Assembly (NCBI GenBank): GCA_022824395.1
Contig: JAJDZX010000037.1
Location: forward strand, 114,985-178,984
Reading direction: 5' to 3'
Source of the DNA: Alphaproteobacteria bacterium
GTDB taxonomy: Bacteria > Pseudomonadota > Alphaproteobacteria > TMED109
DNA: 64,000 nt
Of this stretch, positions 29,365-41,775 are shown piece after piece. A model generated the notes under the pieces. The model was not told where the DNA came from. It was given only the letters and a program-made list of their open reading frames with translations, and ran no database searches. Every line of letters begins with the position of its first letter. Positions within the stretch are counted from its first letter, which is position 1. Position numbers and translations under genes: made by a program.

Positions 29365-30706
29365 CCCCCGGACAGCGCGGCAAGCGATTGCGCCGGGGGA
29401 ATTCGAGCGCCTGGCGGCGGCGGCCGGGCTCTCCCCCGGCCGCTGTAGTTCTCTGGCGATCGCCGTCTCGGGCGGAGCCGACAGCATGGCACTGGCCCAC
29501 CTGGTGGCAGCGTGGGCGGGAAATCGGCGAGGGGCCATCACCGCACTGACCGTTGACCACGGCCTCCGCCGGGAATCCGCCGCCGAGGCCGGCACGGTCG
29601 CGACGCGGGCCAGAGGAATCGGCTTGCGGCATCAGACCCTGGTCTGGCATCACGGGGCCGTGACACGGCGCATTCAGGAAACGGCGCGCGCGGCCCGCTA
29701 CGAACTGATGGGCGCGTGGTGCCAGCGCGCCGGCGTCAGCGAGCTCCTGCTCGCGCATCATCTCGAAGACCAGGCCGAGACCTTCCTCATGCGCCTCGCC
29801 GCGGGCAGCGGTGTCCAGGGTCTGGGGTGCATGCGCGTGCGCACCCCGACGGAAACGGTCGAACTCGTGCGGCCGCTCCTCGGTGTCCCGAAGGCCCGCC
29901 TGCACGCGACCCTGGAACTTCGCGGAGGCACCTTCGTGGAGGATCCGTCCAACCGGGACATGCGCTACACCCGGAACCGCCTCCGCAACCTCATGGGCAA
30001 TTCCGCCCCGTTCCTGCCGGCAGCTGCCAGCCTAGCCCGCGCCGCCAAGAGTTTCCGCCGACTGGATGCTCTCGCCGAGCGCGCGACCGCCGGCCGTCTG
30101 CGCGACTCGGTGTTCGTCTCGCCGCTGGGGTTCATTGCCATCGGGCACGCTGCATTAATGGCCCTGCCCGACCCGCTGGCCCTGCGAACCGTGGCGGCGG
30201 TGGTGCAGGCGGTCACGGGCCGAGGCTATCCGCCCCGCACCCGGTCCCTTCGACGGATCCTGGATCGCATCAACAGCGACACCCTGGGCAGGTCCACGCT
30301 CGGGGGCGCCGTCCTCGCGCTGGACAGCGGCCGGCTCATCGCCACGCGGGAGCCGAGAGCCGTCTCCGGTCCGATCCGTCTGCAGTTCCCGAAGTCAGTG
30401 TGGGACAACCGCTTCCGGATCGCGACCGACATCCGGATCGGAAATCTGACGGTCGGTGCCCTTGGCCCGGACGACCTCCGCTGTCTCCCCGGGCCGTTAC
30501 CCGGTCCCGGCGCGTGCCGTGCCCATCTTGCTACACTGCCGGCCTTCCGTGATCTTGACGGATTGGCCGCCGTGCCCCACCTAAACTGGTGGCGGGACAA
30601 ACGTCTCCGCAACAGGATACAGGCCGTTTTCGACCCCCGATCCAGGCTGCTGGCCGCCGTGTCGTCGAGACCGGAGACCGGGTCCAGTCGGAACGCTGGC
30701 AATTGA
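29321..30706 (+). CDS. tilS: tRNA(Ile)-lysidine synthase
   Basis: 461 aa. The PP-loop reads [17 protein letters not shown], followed by [14 protein letters not shown]. The start is uncertain: the GTG at 29321 overlaps the cpoB 3' end. Confidence 0.85.
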   Translation: MTGLSSAVSALAVTDPRTARQAIAPGEFERLAAAAGLSPGRCSSLAIAVSGGADSMALAHLVAAWAGNRRGAITALTVDHGLRRESAAEAGTVATRARGIGLRHQTLVWHHGAVTRRIQETARAARYELMGAWCQRAGVSELLLAHHLEDQAETFLMRLAAGSGVQGLGCMRVRTPTETVELVRPLLGVPKARLHATLELRGGTFVEDPSNRDMRYTRNRLRNLMGNSAPFLPAAASLARAAKSFRRLDALAERATAGRLRDSVFVSPLGFIAIGHAALMALPDPLALRTVAAVVQAVTGRGYPPRTRSLRRILDRINSDTLGRSTLGGAVLALDSGRLIATREPRAVSGPIRLQFPKSVWDNRFRIATDIRIGNLTVGALGPDDLRCLPGPLPGPGACRAHLATLPAFRDLDGLAAVPHLNWWRDKRLRNRIQAVFDPRSRLLAAVSSRPETGSSRNAGN

Positions 30707-30713
30707 GGACACC

Positions 30714-32630
<1,917 letters not shown>

Positions 32631-33856
32631 TGCACCTGGTCCGCGGCTGACGGAAGGCGCAACCCCCGTACTGCTCCGACCGCGGGATCTCTCGCACCTC
32701 GCCCGTCCCGCCGCGGGACGGCTGCCCTTGGCTGGCGGCCCCATGGGATTTGCCGCCGTCGACGAAGTCGTCCCCGGCCAGACGGCGCCGTCGCTGCGCC
32801 CGCTGCCCCTGTCCGCGCTAGACGGCGACCGGCATCGGGCACACCGCCACGCCCTCACGTCCGCGCGCGCTCCCTTTGCAGGTGTCGCGCTCGATCGCAC
32901 CCGCATCGTGGGCGTGGTCAACGTGACCCCGGACAGCTTCTCCGACGGTGGCCGGTACTTGACGCGAGAACGGGCGATCGCGCACGGACGCGACATGCTT
33001 GAGGCTGGCGCCGACATCCTCGATGTGGGCGGAGAATCTACCCGGCCGGGAGCTGCGCCGGTGCCGGTGGCGGACGAGATTCGGCGCGTGGTGCCCGTCA
33101 TCGAGGCGTTGCACCAACACGGCGCGGTGATTTCGGTCGACACGCGCAATCCCGAGACCATGCGGGCTGCCGCAGCCGCAGGCGCCGCCATCGTGAACGA
33201 CGTCACGGCCTTATCGCATTCACCCGAGAGCGCCCGAACCGTCGCACGCCTGGGGCTGGCCGTGGTGCTGATGCACATGCGCGGCACTCCGCCGACGATG
33301 CAGGTCCGGCCGCACTACAGGCACGCCCCGTGCGAGGTCTATGCGGACCTTTCCGGAGCGGTGCAGAGGGCCCGTGCAGCCGGTCTTTCGCCCGATCGGA
33401 TCGTCGTTGATCCAGGTCTCGGGTTCGGAAAGAACCAGGCCCATAACCTGGCGCTCCTGACCTGGCTGCCCATGTTCCACTGCCTGGGTCACGGTCTCAT
33501 GGTGGGGGCATCCCGCAAGTCCATCATCGGGCGCCTGGACTGCAATGCACCGGTCATGGACCGGCTCGGCGGTTCCCTGGCGATCGCGCTCCATGCCGCC
33601 GGCCAGGGCGCAAACCTGGTTCGCGTTCACGATGTCGCGGAAACCCGGCAAGCGCTGCGCGTGTGGGAGGCTCTCGGCCGATCGATGGCCGATGGGGCAC
33701 CGGATCTCGACGACCACCCTGGCCAGGTCTAGCGAACACCCCCGCCAGCCGGGTATCCGGCCACCGGAGGAACCGCGCTGCCCCAGGCACCGGCTACAAC
33801 CGGTGGCACATCGGGGCGATCGACTGTCTGCGGGCCAACCGGTCCCACCGCTCCTG

Positions 33857-35074
33857 TCACCCGGTGGTGCCGCGAGCGTCCGTTCTCCGTACCCGGCAGT
33901 CCGGGTCGTCGAGGAACTCGGGCCGGAGGTTCAGCCCGAGACCGGGCCCTTCCAGCGGCCGCAGCAATCCGTTCTCGAGCGGCGGCAGGTCGGTCACGAC
34001 CTCCTGAAACCAGCCATAGTAGAAGGCGCGGACCACTTCCTGCACCAGGGCATTGGTCGCGTTGATCACGTGGTGGACCGAAGCTGCGAAGATGACCGGC
34101 CCGGTGCAGTCGTGGGGCGCGACCGGGCGATGCCAGGCCTCGGCCATCGCGGCGATCTTGCGGGCCTCGGAAAGTCCGCCGACCCAGCCGATGTCGTACA
34201 TCACGTAGTCGCATGCGCCGAGTTCCAGGAGCTCGCGAAACTGGCCCCGGCTGCCGAGGGTCTCGCTGGCCGTGGTGGGAACCCGCGTGGAATCGCGAAA
34301 GTCCTTCAGACTCCGCAGACTGTCCATGCGGATCGGGTCCTCGAACCAGAACGGATTGCAGGGCTCCAGTGCCGCGGCGATCCGTTTGGCCTGCGGAAGG
34401 TCCCACATGGCGTGAAGTTCGACCATGACGTCCATGCTGTCGCCCACGGCGTCACGAATCTTCCGGAACGGCTCCACTGCGCGGTCCAAGTCTGCCGGCG
34501 AGATGTAATGGCCGCCGGAGGCTTCCGCCGCGTAGTCGAACGGCCAGATCTTCATCCCCGTGATGCCCATGGCCTGCAGGCTCTTGGCCAGTGCACCGGC
34601 ATCGGTCAGGAACGCCTGAAGGTCTTCGTACGGTCCCTCCGGCTGATCGCCGGGCAGGTTGAAGCTGTCCGTGGACTGCTTGGAGTGGGTCCGGACGTAC
34701 TGGTACCCAGCGCAGGTGTTGTAGACGCGGATGGCGTCGCGGCTTCGTCCGCCCAGGAGCTGGTAGACAGGCTGCCCGGTCACCTTTCCCCAGATGTCCC
34801 ACAGCGCCACATCCAATGCCGAATTGCCCCGGACCTCCGCTCCGGAGCCGGAGTGTCCGATGTAGGAGACCAGCCGTTTGCTGTGACGGTCGATCTGGAG
34901 CGGATCCTCCCCCAGCAGGAGCTTGGACGCATACGCGTGGATATGACCCTCGGAGGAACCCGTCCCGTAAAAGGTCTCGCCCAAGCCGGTGATTCCCTCG
35001 TCGGTGTGCACATGCACCCACAGGAGGTTGGGAAAACGGGCATGCGAGACGGTCTCGATCGCAGTAATTTTCAT
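33857..35074 (-). CDS. Enolase-superfamily enzyme (mandelate racemase/muconate lactonizing family, sugar-acid dehydratase-like)
   Basis: ORF 33857..35083. Contains MKITAIETV..LWVHVHTDEGITGLGETFYG..MKIWPFD..ELHAMWD..WFEDP. The start is the ATG at 35074 or the GTG at 35083. Confidence 0.85.
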   Translation of the reverse strand: MKITAIETVSHARFPNLLWVHVHTDEGITGLGETFYGTGSSEGHIHAYASKLLLGEDPLQIDRHSKRLVSYIGHSGSGAEVRGNSALDVALWDIWGKVTGQPVYQLLGGRSRDAIRVYNTCAGYQYVRTHSKQSTDSFNLPGDQPEGPYEDLQAFLTDAGALAKSLQAMGITGMKIWPFDYAAEASGGHYISPADLDRAVEPFRKIRDAVGDSMDVMVELHAMWDLPQAKRIAAALEPCNPFWFEDPIRMDSLRSLKDFRDSTRVPTTASETLGSRGQFRELLELGACDYVMYDIGWVGGLSEARKIAAMAEAWHRPVAPHDCTGPVIFAASVHHVINATNALVQEVVRAFYYGWFQEVVTDLPPLENGLLRPLEGPGLGLNLRPEFLDDPDCRVRRTDARGTTG

Positions 35075-35155
35075 TCCTGACACCCCCCGGGCTCCCGTTT
35101 ACGGGTCACGGCCCCATCTGTAGAAAGGCGCCACAGTAGCGTTTCGGGAAGGGCT

Positions 35156-36520
35156 ATGGGACGCATCTTCGGAACCGATGGCATTCGTGGCCGTGCCAAC
35201 GAGCCGCCGCTGACACCGGACTTCGTCCAGCGCATCGGTATCGCTGCCGGTGCGGAGTTCACGCGTGGCGACCATCGCCACCACGTGGTCATCGGGAAGG
35301 ACACCCGGCTGTCGGGCTACATGATGGAAACGGCCCTGACCAGCGGCTTCCTGTCCATCGGTATGAACGTGTTCCTCGTCGGCCCCATCCCGACGGCCGC
35401 GATTCCCATGCTGGTCCGCTCCATGCGGTGTGACCTGGGCGTCATGATCTCGGGCTCGCACAATGCGTGGCAGGACAACGGCATCAAGCTGTTTGGCCAG
35501 GACGGCCGCAAGCTTTCCGAAGACGTCGAGCGTTCACTTGAGGAGCGCCTGCAGGAGATGCCGGCGCCGAGCTCTCTGGCGGTGGCGGCGCACATCGGCC
35601 GGGCCAAGCGGATTGACGATGCCGTTGGCCGGTACAACGAATGGGTCAAGGCCACCGTGCCATCCAACCTCAGACTGGACGGTCTCAAGGTCGTGGTGGA
35701 CTGCGCCAACGGTGCGGCCTGGCGCGTCACGCCGCAGGTACTCTGGGAACTCGGTGCCGAAGTTGTGGCCATGGGCGTGGCGCCCGACGGCACGAACATC
35801 AACCGTGACTGTGGATCGACAGCCCCGGGGGCCATGGCCGCCCAGGTCCGGGAAACCGGAGCAGACCTCGGAATCGCGCTGGACGGCGATGCCGACCGCT
35901 GCGTCCTTGCCGACGAACAGGGTCGGATCGTGGACGGCGACCGGCTGATCGGGCTGATTGCACGCGAGTGGCTGGAGAGCGGGAAACTCGCCGGCGGTGC
36001 GGTGGTGGGGACGCCTTTCTCCAACCTCGGGTTCGAACGTTTCCTGGGTACGCTTCACCTGGACCTTCTTCGTGCGCCGGTCGGGGACCGCCATGTATCG
36101 CAATGGATGCGCTCGCACGGATGCAACGTCGGCGGCGAACCTTCCGGGCATATCATCCTGGGCAACCACAGTGAGACGGGAGACGGGCTCGCCTCGGCAC
36201 TGCAGGCGCTTGCCGTCATGGCCCGCACGGGTTCCCCCCTATCCGGTCTGTTGCCCCGATACGAAGCCGTTCCGCAGCACCTGTCCGGCGTCCGTCTGCC
36301 GAACGGCCGGAACGAGGACCCGCTCGTCATCCCATCCGTTCGGGCGGCGGTCACGGAAGCGGAACGGCGCCTTCAGGGGAAGGGCCGTCTCGTCGTGCGG
36401 ACGTCGGGTACCGAACCGTTGCTGCGCGTCCTGGTCGAGACCTCGGATGAGCCGGCCGCCCGAGACATCATCGATCTGATTTCCACTGCAGTTGCCACGG
36501 CCGGCCGGACCGCCGCTTGA
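35156..36520 (+). CDS. glmM: Phosphoglucosamine mutase
   Basis: 454 aa. Contains MGRIFGTDGIRGRAN, the active-site loop GVMISGSHNAWQDNGIKLF, and DGDADR. Confidence 0.95.
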   Translation: MGRIFGTDGIRGRANEPPLTPDFVQRIGIAAGAEFTRGDHRHHVVIGKDTRLSGYMMETALTSGFLSIGMNVFLVGPIPTAAIPMLVRSMRCDLGVMISGSHNAWQDNGIKLFGQDGRKLSEDVERSLEERLQEMPAPSSLAVAAHIGRAKRIDDAVGRYNEWVKATVPSNLRLDGLKVVVDCANGAAWRVTPQVLWELGAEVVAMGVAPDGTNINRDCGSTAPGAMAAQVRETGADLGIALDGDADRCVLADEQGRIVDGDRLIGLIAREWLESGKLAGGAVVGTPFSNLGFERFLGTLHLDLLRAPVGDRHVSQWMRSHGCNVGGEPSGHIILGNHSETGDGLASALQALAVMARTGSPLSGLLPRYEAVPQHLSGVRLPNGRNEDPLVIPSVRAAVTEAERRLQGKGRLVVRTSGTEPLLRVLVETSDEPAARDIIDLISTAVATAGRTAA

Positions 36521-37335
36521 CGCAACGCCCCCAGACCCGGCGAAGTGGCAGCCGGCTCGGCCGGCTGCTGGTTGTAGCCGGGTCTGATTCAGGTGGCGGC
36601 GCCGGGCTTCAGGCCGACCTGAAGACCGCTACGTCGATGGGCGTCTATGCGATGTCGGCGGTCACGGCGGTAACCGCGCAGGATACGCACCGGATCCACC
36701 GAACCCTGCACGTTCCCCCGGATCTCGTAGCACTGCAGATGCGGACGGCGCTCGAGGATCTCGGAGCGGATGCGATCAAGACCGGCATGCTCTGCACGAG
36801 GGCAACGATCGAGGCCGTGCTTGAAACCGTCGCCGGTTGTGCCGCCGGGACGCCGCTCATCGTCGATCCCGTGCTGACCGCGAGTTCGGGTGAAACGTTG
36901 CTCGAGCCGGACGCGGACGCAACGCTCCGCGAACGGCTGGTACGCCGGGCCTACCTGGTCACACCCAATGCCCCGGAAGCGGCGCGACTGACCGGACGCC
37001 CGGTCACCAATCAAAACGAAATGCTGGCGGCCGGCCGGCGCATGCTCGCGATGGGCGCGCACGCGGCGCTAATCACCGGCGGGCACATCGGCGGCGCGGT
37101 GGTCACCGACCTGCTGATCACCGAAGCGGAGGTCCGAGAGTTCGCAGCCGACCGACTGGACACCCCGCACACGCATGGGACCGGCTGCACGTTGGCGAGC
37201 GCCATCGCAGCGGGGATCGCCAAAGGACAGACACTGATTGACGCGACGGCAGAAGGGCACGCCTACGTGCAACGCGCGATTCGGACTGCACCTGGACTGG
37301 GCGGCGGGCGGGGCCCGCTAAATCATCTGGCTTGA
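36517..37335 (+). CDS. thiD: Hydroxymethylpyrimidine/phosphomethylpyrimidine kinase
   Basis: 272 aa. Contains LLVVAGSDSGGGAGLQADLKT..VTAQDT..KTGML..GTGCTLASAIAAGIA. The TTG start at 36517 overlaps the glmM stop and is uncertain. Confidence 0.9.
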   Translation: MTQRPQTRRSGSRLGRLLVVAGSDSGGGAGLQADLKTATSMGVYAMSAVTAVTAQDTHRIHRTLHVPPDLVALQMRTALEDLGADAIKTGMLCTRATIEAVLETVAGCAAGTPLIVDPVLTASSGETLLEPDADATLRERLVRRAYLVTPNAPEAARLTGRPVTNQNEMLAAGRRMLAMGAHAALITGGHIGGAVVTDLLITEAEVREFAADRLDTPHTHGTGCTLASAIAAGIAKGQTLIDATAEGHAYVQRAIRTAPGLGGGRGPLNHLA

Positions 37336-37342
37336 TGGACTG

Positions 37343-37678
37343 CTACGACAGCGACGCCAGCCCGTCGCTTCGGGCCTCGTGAATCTGGAAGATGGCGTTA
37401 AAGCCGCTTACTTCAAACACTTCCTTCAGGTAGTCCCGCATGGAGCACAACTCAATTCGTCCGGACCTGGCCTTGACTTCCTTAGCCACCATCAACAAAA
37501 CCCGGAGCCCCGCACTCGAAATGAAGTCGACTTCTGAGAAATCGACGAGGATGACCAATTCGCCACCGCGCACCTTGTCGAGAAAAGCCGTCTCAACGTC
37601 CCTGGCATTGGTTCCATCGATGCGGCCTTCAGGCTCGAAAATGAGCACGTCTCCCTCTTTGGTACTCTTCATTTCCAC
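37343..37678 (-). CDS. STAS-domain protein (anti-sigma-factor antagonist, SpoIIAA-like)
   Basis: 111 aa. Contains GDVLIFEPEGRIDGTNARDVETAF..LVILVDFSEVDFISSAGLRVLLMVAKE, with the conserved DFISSAGL phospho-Ser context. GC is noticeably lower than the flanks, by eye. Confidence 0.85.
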   Translation of the reverse strand: MEMKSTKEGDVLIFEPEGRIDGTNARDVETAFLDKVRGGELVILVDFSEVDFISSAGLRVLLMVAKEVKARSGRIELCSMRDYLKEVFEVSGFNAIFQIHEARSDGLASLS

Positions 37679-37802
37679 GGCGACTACTCCTTCTGGAGGC
37701 GTTCCGGCCCGACCGTGCCGGACGACGCCACATCACGGTGTTGAGTACCACGCCAGCCAATTTGCGTCAATGTTCGATAGCGCAATCAGGCACCTTCCGG
37801 AA

Positions 37803-37824
37803 TGACTCTAGGTTGACTCTAGGT
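37803..37824. repeat. Perfect tandem duplication of an 11-mer, TGACTCTAGGT x2
   Basis: Read directly: tgactctaggt at 37803-37813 and again at 37814-37824. It lies about 125 nt upstream of the STAS gene start in a 357-bp intergenic region. Confidence 0.9.
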
Positions 37825-38035
37825 CGGTGAGCAAACCGCGAGGAGGCACCGTGTGACGGGTAACGGCACCCCTCCAGCACCCGCGAACGGGTGCTCGCCG
37901 CGGCGGCGCTGACGGCGCGGGTTCATTAGGCCGCCGTTTCAGGCCCGACCCGGTCTTGCCACCTCCGGAGGTTCGTGACGTGCGGGAATGACAGGGGGCG
38001 CGGCAACGCCGCGCCCCCAGTCCTCGAAACAACCC

Positions 38036-39616
38036 CTAGATCGAGTTGGTCCGCATGGCCTCGGCCATGAGTTCCGCCTGCCGGATCGCCAACGCGACAA
38101 TCGTCAGCGTCGGGTTCTCCGCAGCGCCAGTCGTGAACTGGCTGCCGTCGGAAATGAACAGGTTCGGGATGTCATGCGTCGCCCCGGTGGAACCACACAC
38201 GCCGTCTTCCGGATTTGCGCTCATGCGGCACGTGCCGAGGTTGTGCGTGCCCGGGAACGGCGGGAGCTCGTAGGTCTTGCTGGCCCCAGCCGCCTCGTAG
38301 ACGGCACTTCCCATCCGGTACGCGTGGTTCCGCATGGCCAGGTCGTTCGGGTGCTCGTCGAAGTGCACCACCGGAACCGGGAGACCGTACTGGTCCTTCT
38401 CCGTGTCGTGGAGCGTGACCCGGTTGTCCGCCTGCGGCATGTCTTCACCGACCAGCCACATCCCGGCCATGTTCCGGTAGTTCTCGATCACCTCGCGGGT
38501 GTAGTCGCGTCCCCATGTCCCCGGGGTATCGACCGCCATCCCACCGACGTTGCCGGCGATGGCAGCGACGCCGAAGCCGGGCAAGGTTTCCATCAGGTAA
38601 CCGCCGGCGAACCCGCGGCTGGTGTCGTTCCGGACTTCGTCCATCACGATCCCGGCCATCTGGGTACCGCGGTCGAAGTGCACCGCGCCGGGCATCACCG
38701 CGTAGACGGTGCCGGTCAGGTGCCGCATGTAGTTGCGCCCGACCTGTCCTGACGAGTTCGCCAGGCCGTCCGGGAACATCCCGCTGGCGGAGTTCAGCAG
38801 GAGGCGCGGCGTCTCCACCGAGTTGCCTGCCACGGCAACAACCCGCGCCTTTTGCATCTGCAGGTTGCCATCCGCATCCATGTACTCGACGCCGGTCGCC
38901 TTGCCGGAATCGTCGTGCAGGACGCGAACCACCATCGAGTCAGGACGGAGTTCGAAGTGCCCGGTCGCTTCCGCCTTCGGAATCTCCGAATACAGCACCG
39001 ACCACTTGGCGCCGATCGCACACCCGGCCATGCAGAAGCCCAGCTGGACACAGCCAGGACGTCCGTCGCGCGGCTCCGGGTTGATCGACATGTTGCCCGT
39101 GTGCACGGTCTGGTAGCCCAGCTTCTTCGCGCCGTACTCCATGACCTTGTAGTTGTTGTTCCCCGGCAGCCGCGGAATCCCGTGCGTGCCGGTGGTCCCC
39201 AGCTTGTCCTCCGCCCGGGAGTAGTACGGGTCCATCTCGGCCGCTTCGATGGGCCAGTCCAGCAAGGTCGCACCCGGAACGTCGCCGTACACCGTGCGGA
39301 CCTTCCACTCGTGCTCCTGGAAGCGCAGGCTGGCGCCCGCCCAGTGCACCGTCGTGCCGCCGACGGTCTTGCAGACCCAAAGCGGGTACCCGGGATTGAG
39401 CACTCCCGAACCGATCCGCTTGTCGTTCCAACTGAGCTTGGCGCCCATCTCACCCCAGTCGTTCACGATGTCGCCAAGATCCAACCGCGGCCCAGCCTCC
39501 AGGCAGACCACGTCGATGCCCTTTTCCGAAAGTTCGTGTCCCAGCGTGCCGCCGCCGGCTCCGGAACCAATGATGACGACGACGCTATCGTCGTTCAGGT
39601 CGTATGTACGAGCCAT
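38036..39616 (-). CDS. GMC-family FAD-dependent oxidoreductase (large subunit)
   Basis: ORF 38036..39784. The start is set at MARTYDLNDDSVVVIIGSGAGGGTLGHELSEKG (cat at 39614-39616, with an AGGGGGA RBS). It has the GMC N- and C-terminal pattern, and the C-terminus reads NPTLTIVALA. No signal peptide is present. Confidence 0.88.
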   Translation of the reverse strand: MARTYDLNDDSVVVIIGSGAGGGTLGHELSEKGIDVVCLEAGPRLDLGDIVNDWGEMGAKLSWNDKRIGSGVLNPGYPLWVCKTVGGTTVHWAGASLRFQEHEWKVRTVYGDVPGATLLDWPIEAAEMDPYYSRAEDKLGTTGTHGIPRLPGNNNYKVMEYGAKKLGYQTVHTGNMSINPEPRDGRPGCVQLGFCMAGCAIGAKWSVLYSEIPKAEATGHFELRPDSMVVRVLHDDSGKATGVEYMDADGNLQMQKARVVAVAGNSVETPRLLLNSASGMFPDGLANSSGQVGRNYMRHLTGTVYAVMPGAVHFDRGTQMAGIVMDEVRNDTSRGFAGGYLMETLPGFGVAAIAGNVGGMAVDTPGTWGRDYTREVIENYRNMAGMWLVGEDMPQADNRVTLHDTEKDQYGLPVPVVHFDEHPNDLAMRNHAYRMGSAVYEAAGASKTYELPPFPGTHNLGTCRMSANPEDGVCGSTGATHDIPNLFISDGSQFTTGAAENPTLTIVALAIRQAELMAEAMRTNSI

Positions 39617-39635
39617 TGTTAATCCCCCTCTGCAG

Positions 39636-40199
39636 TCAGGAAGACTGCGGCAGCCAGTCGATGTCGTCGAAACCGCGGTCCAGGTATCCGCCGTGTTCAA
39701 CCGCGGATCCCTCGAAGCCCAGCGCTGCTGCAACTTCGGGATTGCCGTAGAGGCCGCCAAGGGTTGCGCCGCGCACCGCTTCAAAGAACGCGCCGTTGTC
39801 TGCCTCAGTGCGCTTCATCGCGCGCAGTTGCAGCCCCCGGCTCTGCTCGTGGAAGGCCACGCCGTGGGAGGCGTCGCCAGACACCACGACGCCCAATCCG
39901 CGTACTCCGTCGGTGAGCAACGTCTGCAGGTCCGCATCCTCGGCGGCGCTGGCGTCGAGGCCGGCAACCACCTTCACGTACGGTCCGTCGTCCAGAAAAT
40001 CGTGGGGATAGAGCTGCCGCGCCATCGCGATGAGGCCGCGGATCGTGGTTTCGTCGAGGGCCTTCGGCTCAAAGGCCCAGGATGCGTCTTCGGCGACCGC
40101 GATGCCACCAGCACCGAGGGTACCCGTAATCGCGACCCCGGCCGCCGTGGTACCCGTACCTTGCAGGAACGTCCGCCTGCTCAGGTAACTGAAGTCCAT
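39636..40199 (-). CDS. Gluconate 2-dehydrogenase subunit 3-family small subunit with Tat signal
   Basis: 187 aa. The twin-arginine signal reads MDFSYLSRRTFLQGTGTTAAGVAI. The stop lies 19 nt upstream of the GMC start, and there is a GGAGGAG RBS. Confidence 0.78.
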   Translation of the reverse strand: MDFSYLSRRTFLQGTGTTAAGVAITGTLGAGGIAVAEDASWAFEPKALDETTIRGLIAMARQLYPHDFLDDGPYVKVVAGLDASAAEDADLQTLLTDGVRGLGVVVSGDASHGVAFHEQSRGLQLRAMKRTEADNGAFFEAVRGATLGGLYGNPEVAAALGFEGSAVEHGGYLDRGFDDIDWLPQSS

Positions 40200-40332
40200 G
40201 TGTCTCCTCCGTAGCCGGCTCCGGACGCCCCGATGCCGCTCAGGTGCCGCGTCGGGAGGAGCCGGACCGAAACATCATACCAGCCATGTGCGGAACGCAC
40301 GTGTCATCGTTCCGGCCGGCCGGAAGGCCTGC

Positions 40333-41775
40333 TCACGCCACGTGCGAGAGAATCGTGCGCTGGTCGGGAAACGGCACGATTTTCCCGGGATTCAGGATGT
40401 TCTCGGGATCCAGGGCTTGCTTGAGCGCCTGCATCACGCGGACTCCGTCACCGCGTTCGATCTCCAGGTACTCCATCTTGCCGTAGCCGATGCCGTGTTC
40501 ACCCGTGCAGGTGCCGCCCATCACAAGTGCACGGCGGATCAGACGGTCGTGAAGGGCCGACGCTTCGACAATCTCCTCACTGCTGTCAGGGTCCACCATG
40601 AAGGCGACATGGAAATTGCCGTCCCCCACGTGGCCGGCAATCGGTGCGGGGATGGACGTGCTTGCCGCGATGTCCGCGTTCGTCTCCGCCACGCATTCGG
40701 CCAACCGAGAAATCGGCACGCACACATCTGTGGTCAACGACTTGCGGCCGGGCCACCGCGCCATTAGCGCATACAGCAGGTCGTGCCGCGCGCGCCACAG
40801 CCGGTTGCGCTCCTCCTGGTTGGCGCTCCAGGCAAAATCCCGGCCACCGAATTCGCGCGCCAATTCCGACACGGTCTTCGCCTGCTCGGCTGTGGAGGCA
40901 GGCGTGCCGTGGAACTCGAGAAACAACGCGGGTGTTTCCGCGTAGTCCGTCTTGGCCCAACGGTTGACGCATTCCATCGACAAGGCGTCCACCAGTTCCA
41001 CACGGGCGACCGGCACGCCCGCGTGGGCAGTGGCGATCACTGTCTGCACGGCCGCATCCACCGACGGGAACGAGCAGACGGCGGCAGCGATGGATTCGGG
41101 AAGACCGAACAGGCGGAGCGTCACCTCCGTGGCAATGCCGAGCGTTCCTTCCGACCCGACAAACAAACGCGTGAGGTCGTAGCCGGCCGCGGACTTGCGG
41201 CTCCGCGTGCCTGTCTGGATGACGCGGCCATCGGCGAGGACGACCTTCAGGTCGAGCACGAGCTCACGCATGGTGCCGTAGCGAACCGCATTGGTGCCGG
41301 ACGCCCGGGTCGCCGTCATCCCGCCGAGACTGGCGTCTGCCCCCGGGTCTACGGGGAAGAACAGGCCCGTGTCGCGCAAGTGCTCGTTCAGGCGCCGCCG
41401 GGTGACGCCGGCCTCGACCGTGCAGTCGAGATCCTCCGGATTGACGGAAACCACCCGGTCCATCCGGCCCAGGTCAATGCACACCCCGCCTTCAAGGGCC
41501 GCAACGTGTCCCTCGAGCGAGGTACCGGTCCCAAATGGGATGACGGGGATGCGGTCCCGTGCGCACAGGGCCACGGTGCGGGCCACTTCCTCGGTGGTCT
41601 CGCAGAACACGACCACGTCCGGGCTATGCCCCGCGTGATAGGACTCATCGCGGCCATGCTGGTCCAGGATCGCCGGCGCCGTCGAGACGCGCTCGCCGAG
41701 AAATTCCCTGAGTTCCCCGACCACCCGTGCGCGCGACGGGAGCCGTCGCCGGGAAACCGCTGCGCGAGTTGGCAT
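40333..41775 (-). CDS. FAD-linked oxidase (GlcD/D-lactate dehydrogenase family)
   Basis: ORF 40333..41934. The start is set at MPTRAAVSRRRL (41775). Contains FAD_binding_4 VIPFGTGTSLEGH..GVCIDL and the C-terminal GEHGIGYGKMEYL. Confidence 0.88.
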   Translation of the reverse strand: MPTRAAVSRRRLPSRARVVGELREFLGERVSTAPAILDQHGRDESYHAGHSPDVVVFCETTEEVARTVALCARDRIPVIPFGTGTSLEGHVAALEGGVCIDLGRMDRVVSVNPEDLDCTVEAGVTRRRLNEHLRDTGLFFPVDPGADASLGGMTATRASGTNAVRYGTMRELVLDLKVVLADGRVIQTGTRSRKSAAGYDLTRLFVGSEGTLGIATEVTLRLFGLPESIAAAVCSFPSVDAAVQTVIATAHAGVPVARVELVDALSMECVNRWAKTDYAETPALFLEFHGTPASTAEQAKTVSELAREFGGRDFAWSANQEERNRLWRARHDLLYALMARWPGRKSLTTDVCVPISRLAECVAETNADIAASTSIPAPIAGHVGDGNFHVAFMVDPDSSEEIVEASALHDRLIRRALVMGGTCTGEHGIGYGKMEYLEIERGDGVRVMQALKQALDPENILNPGKIVPFPDQRTILSHVA

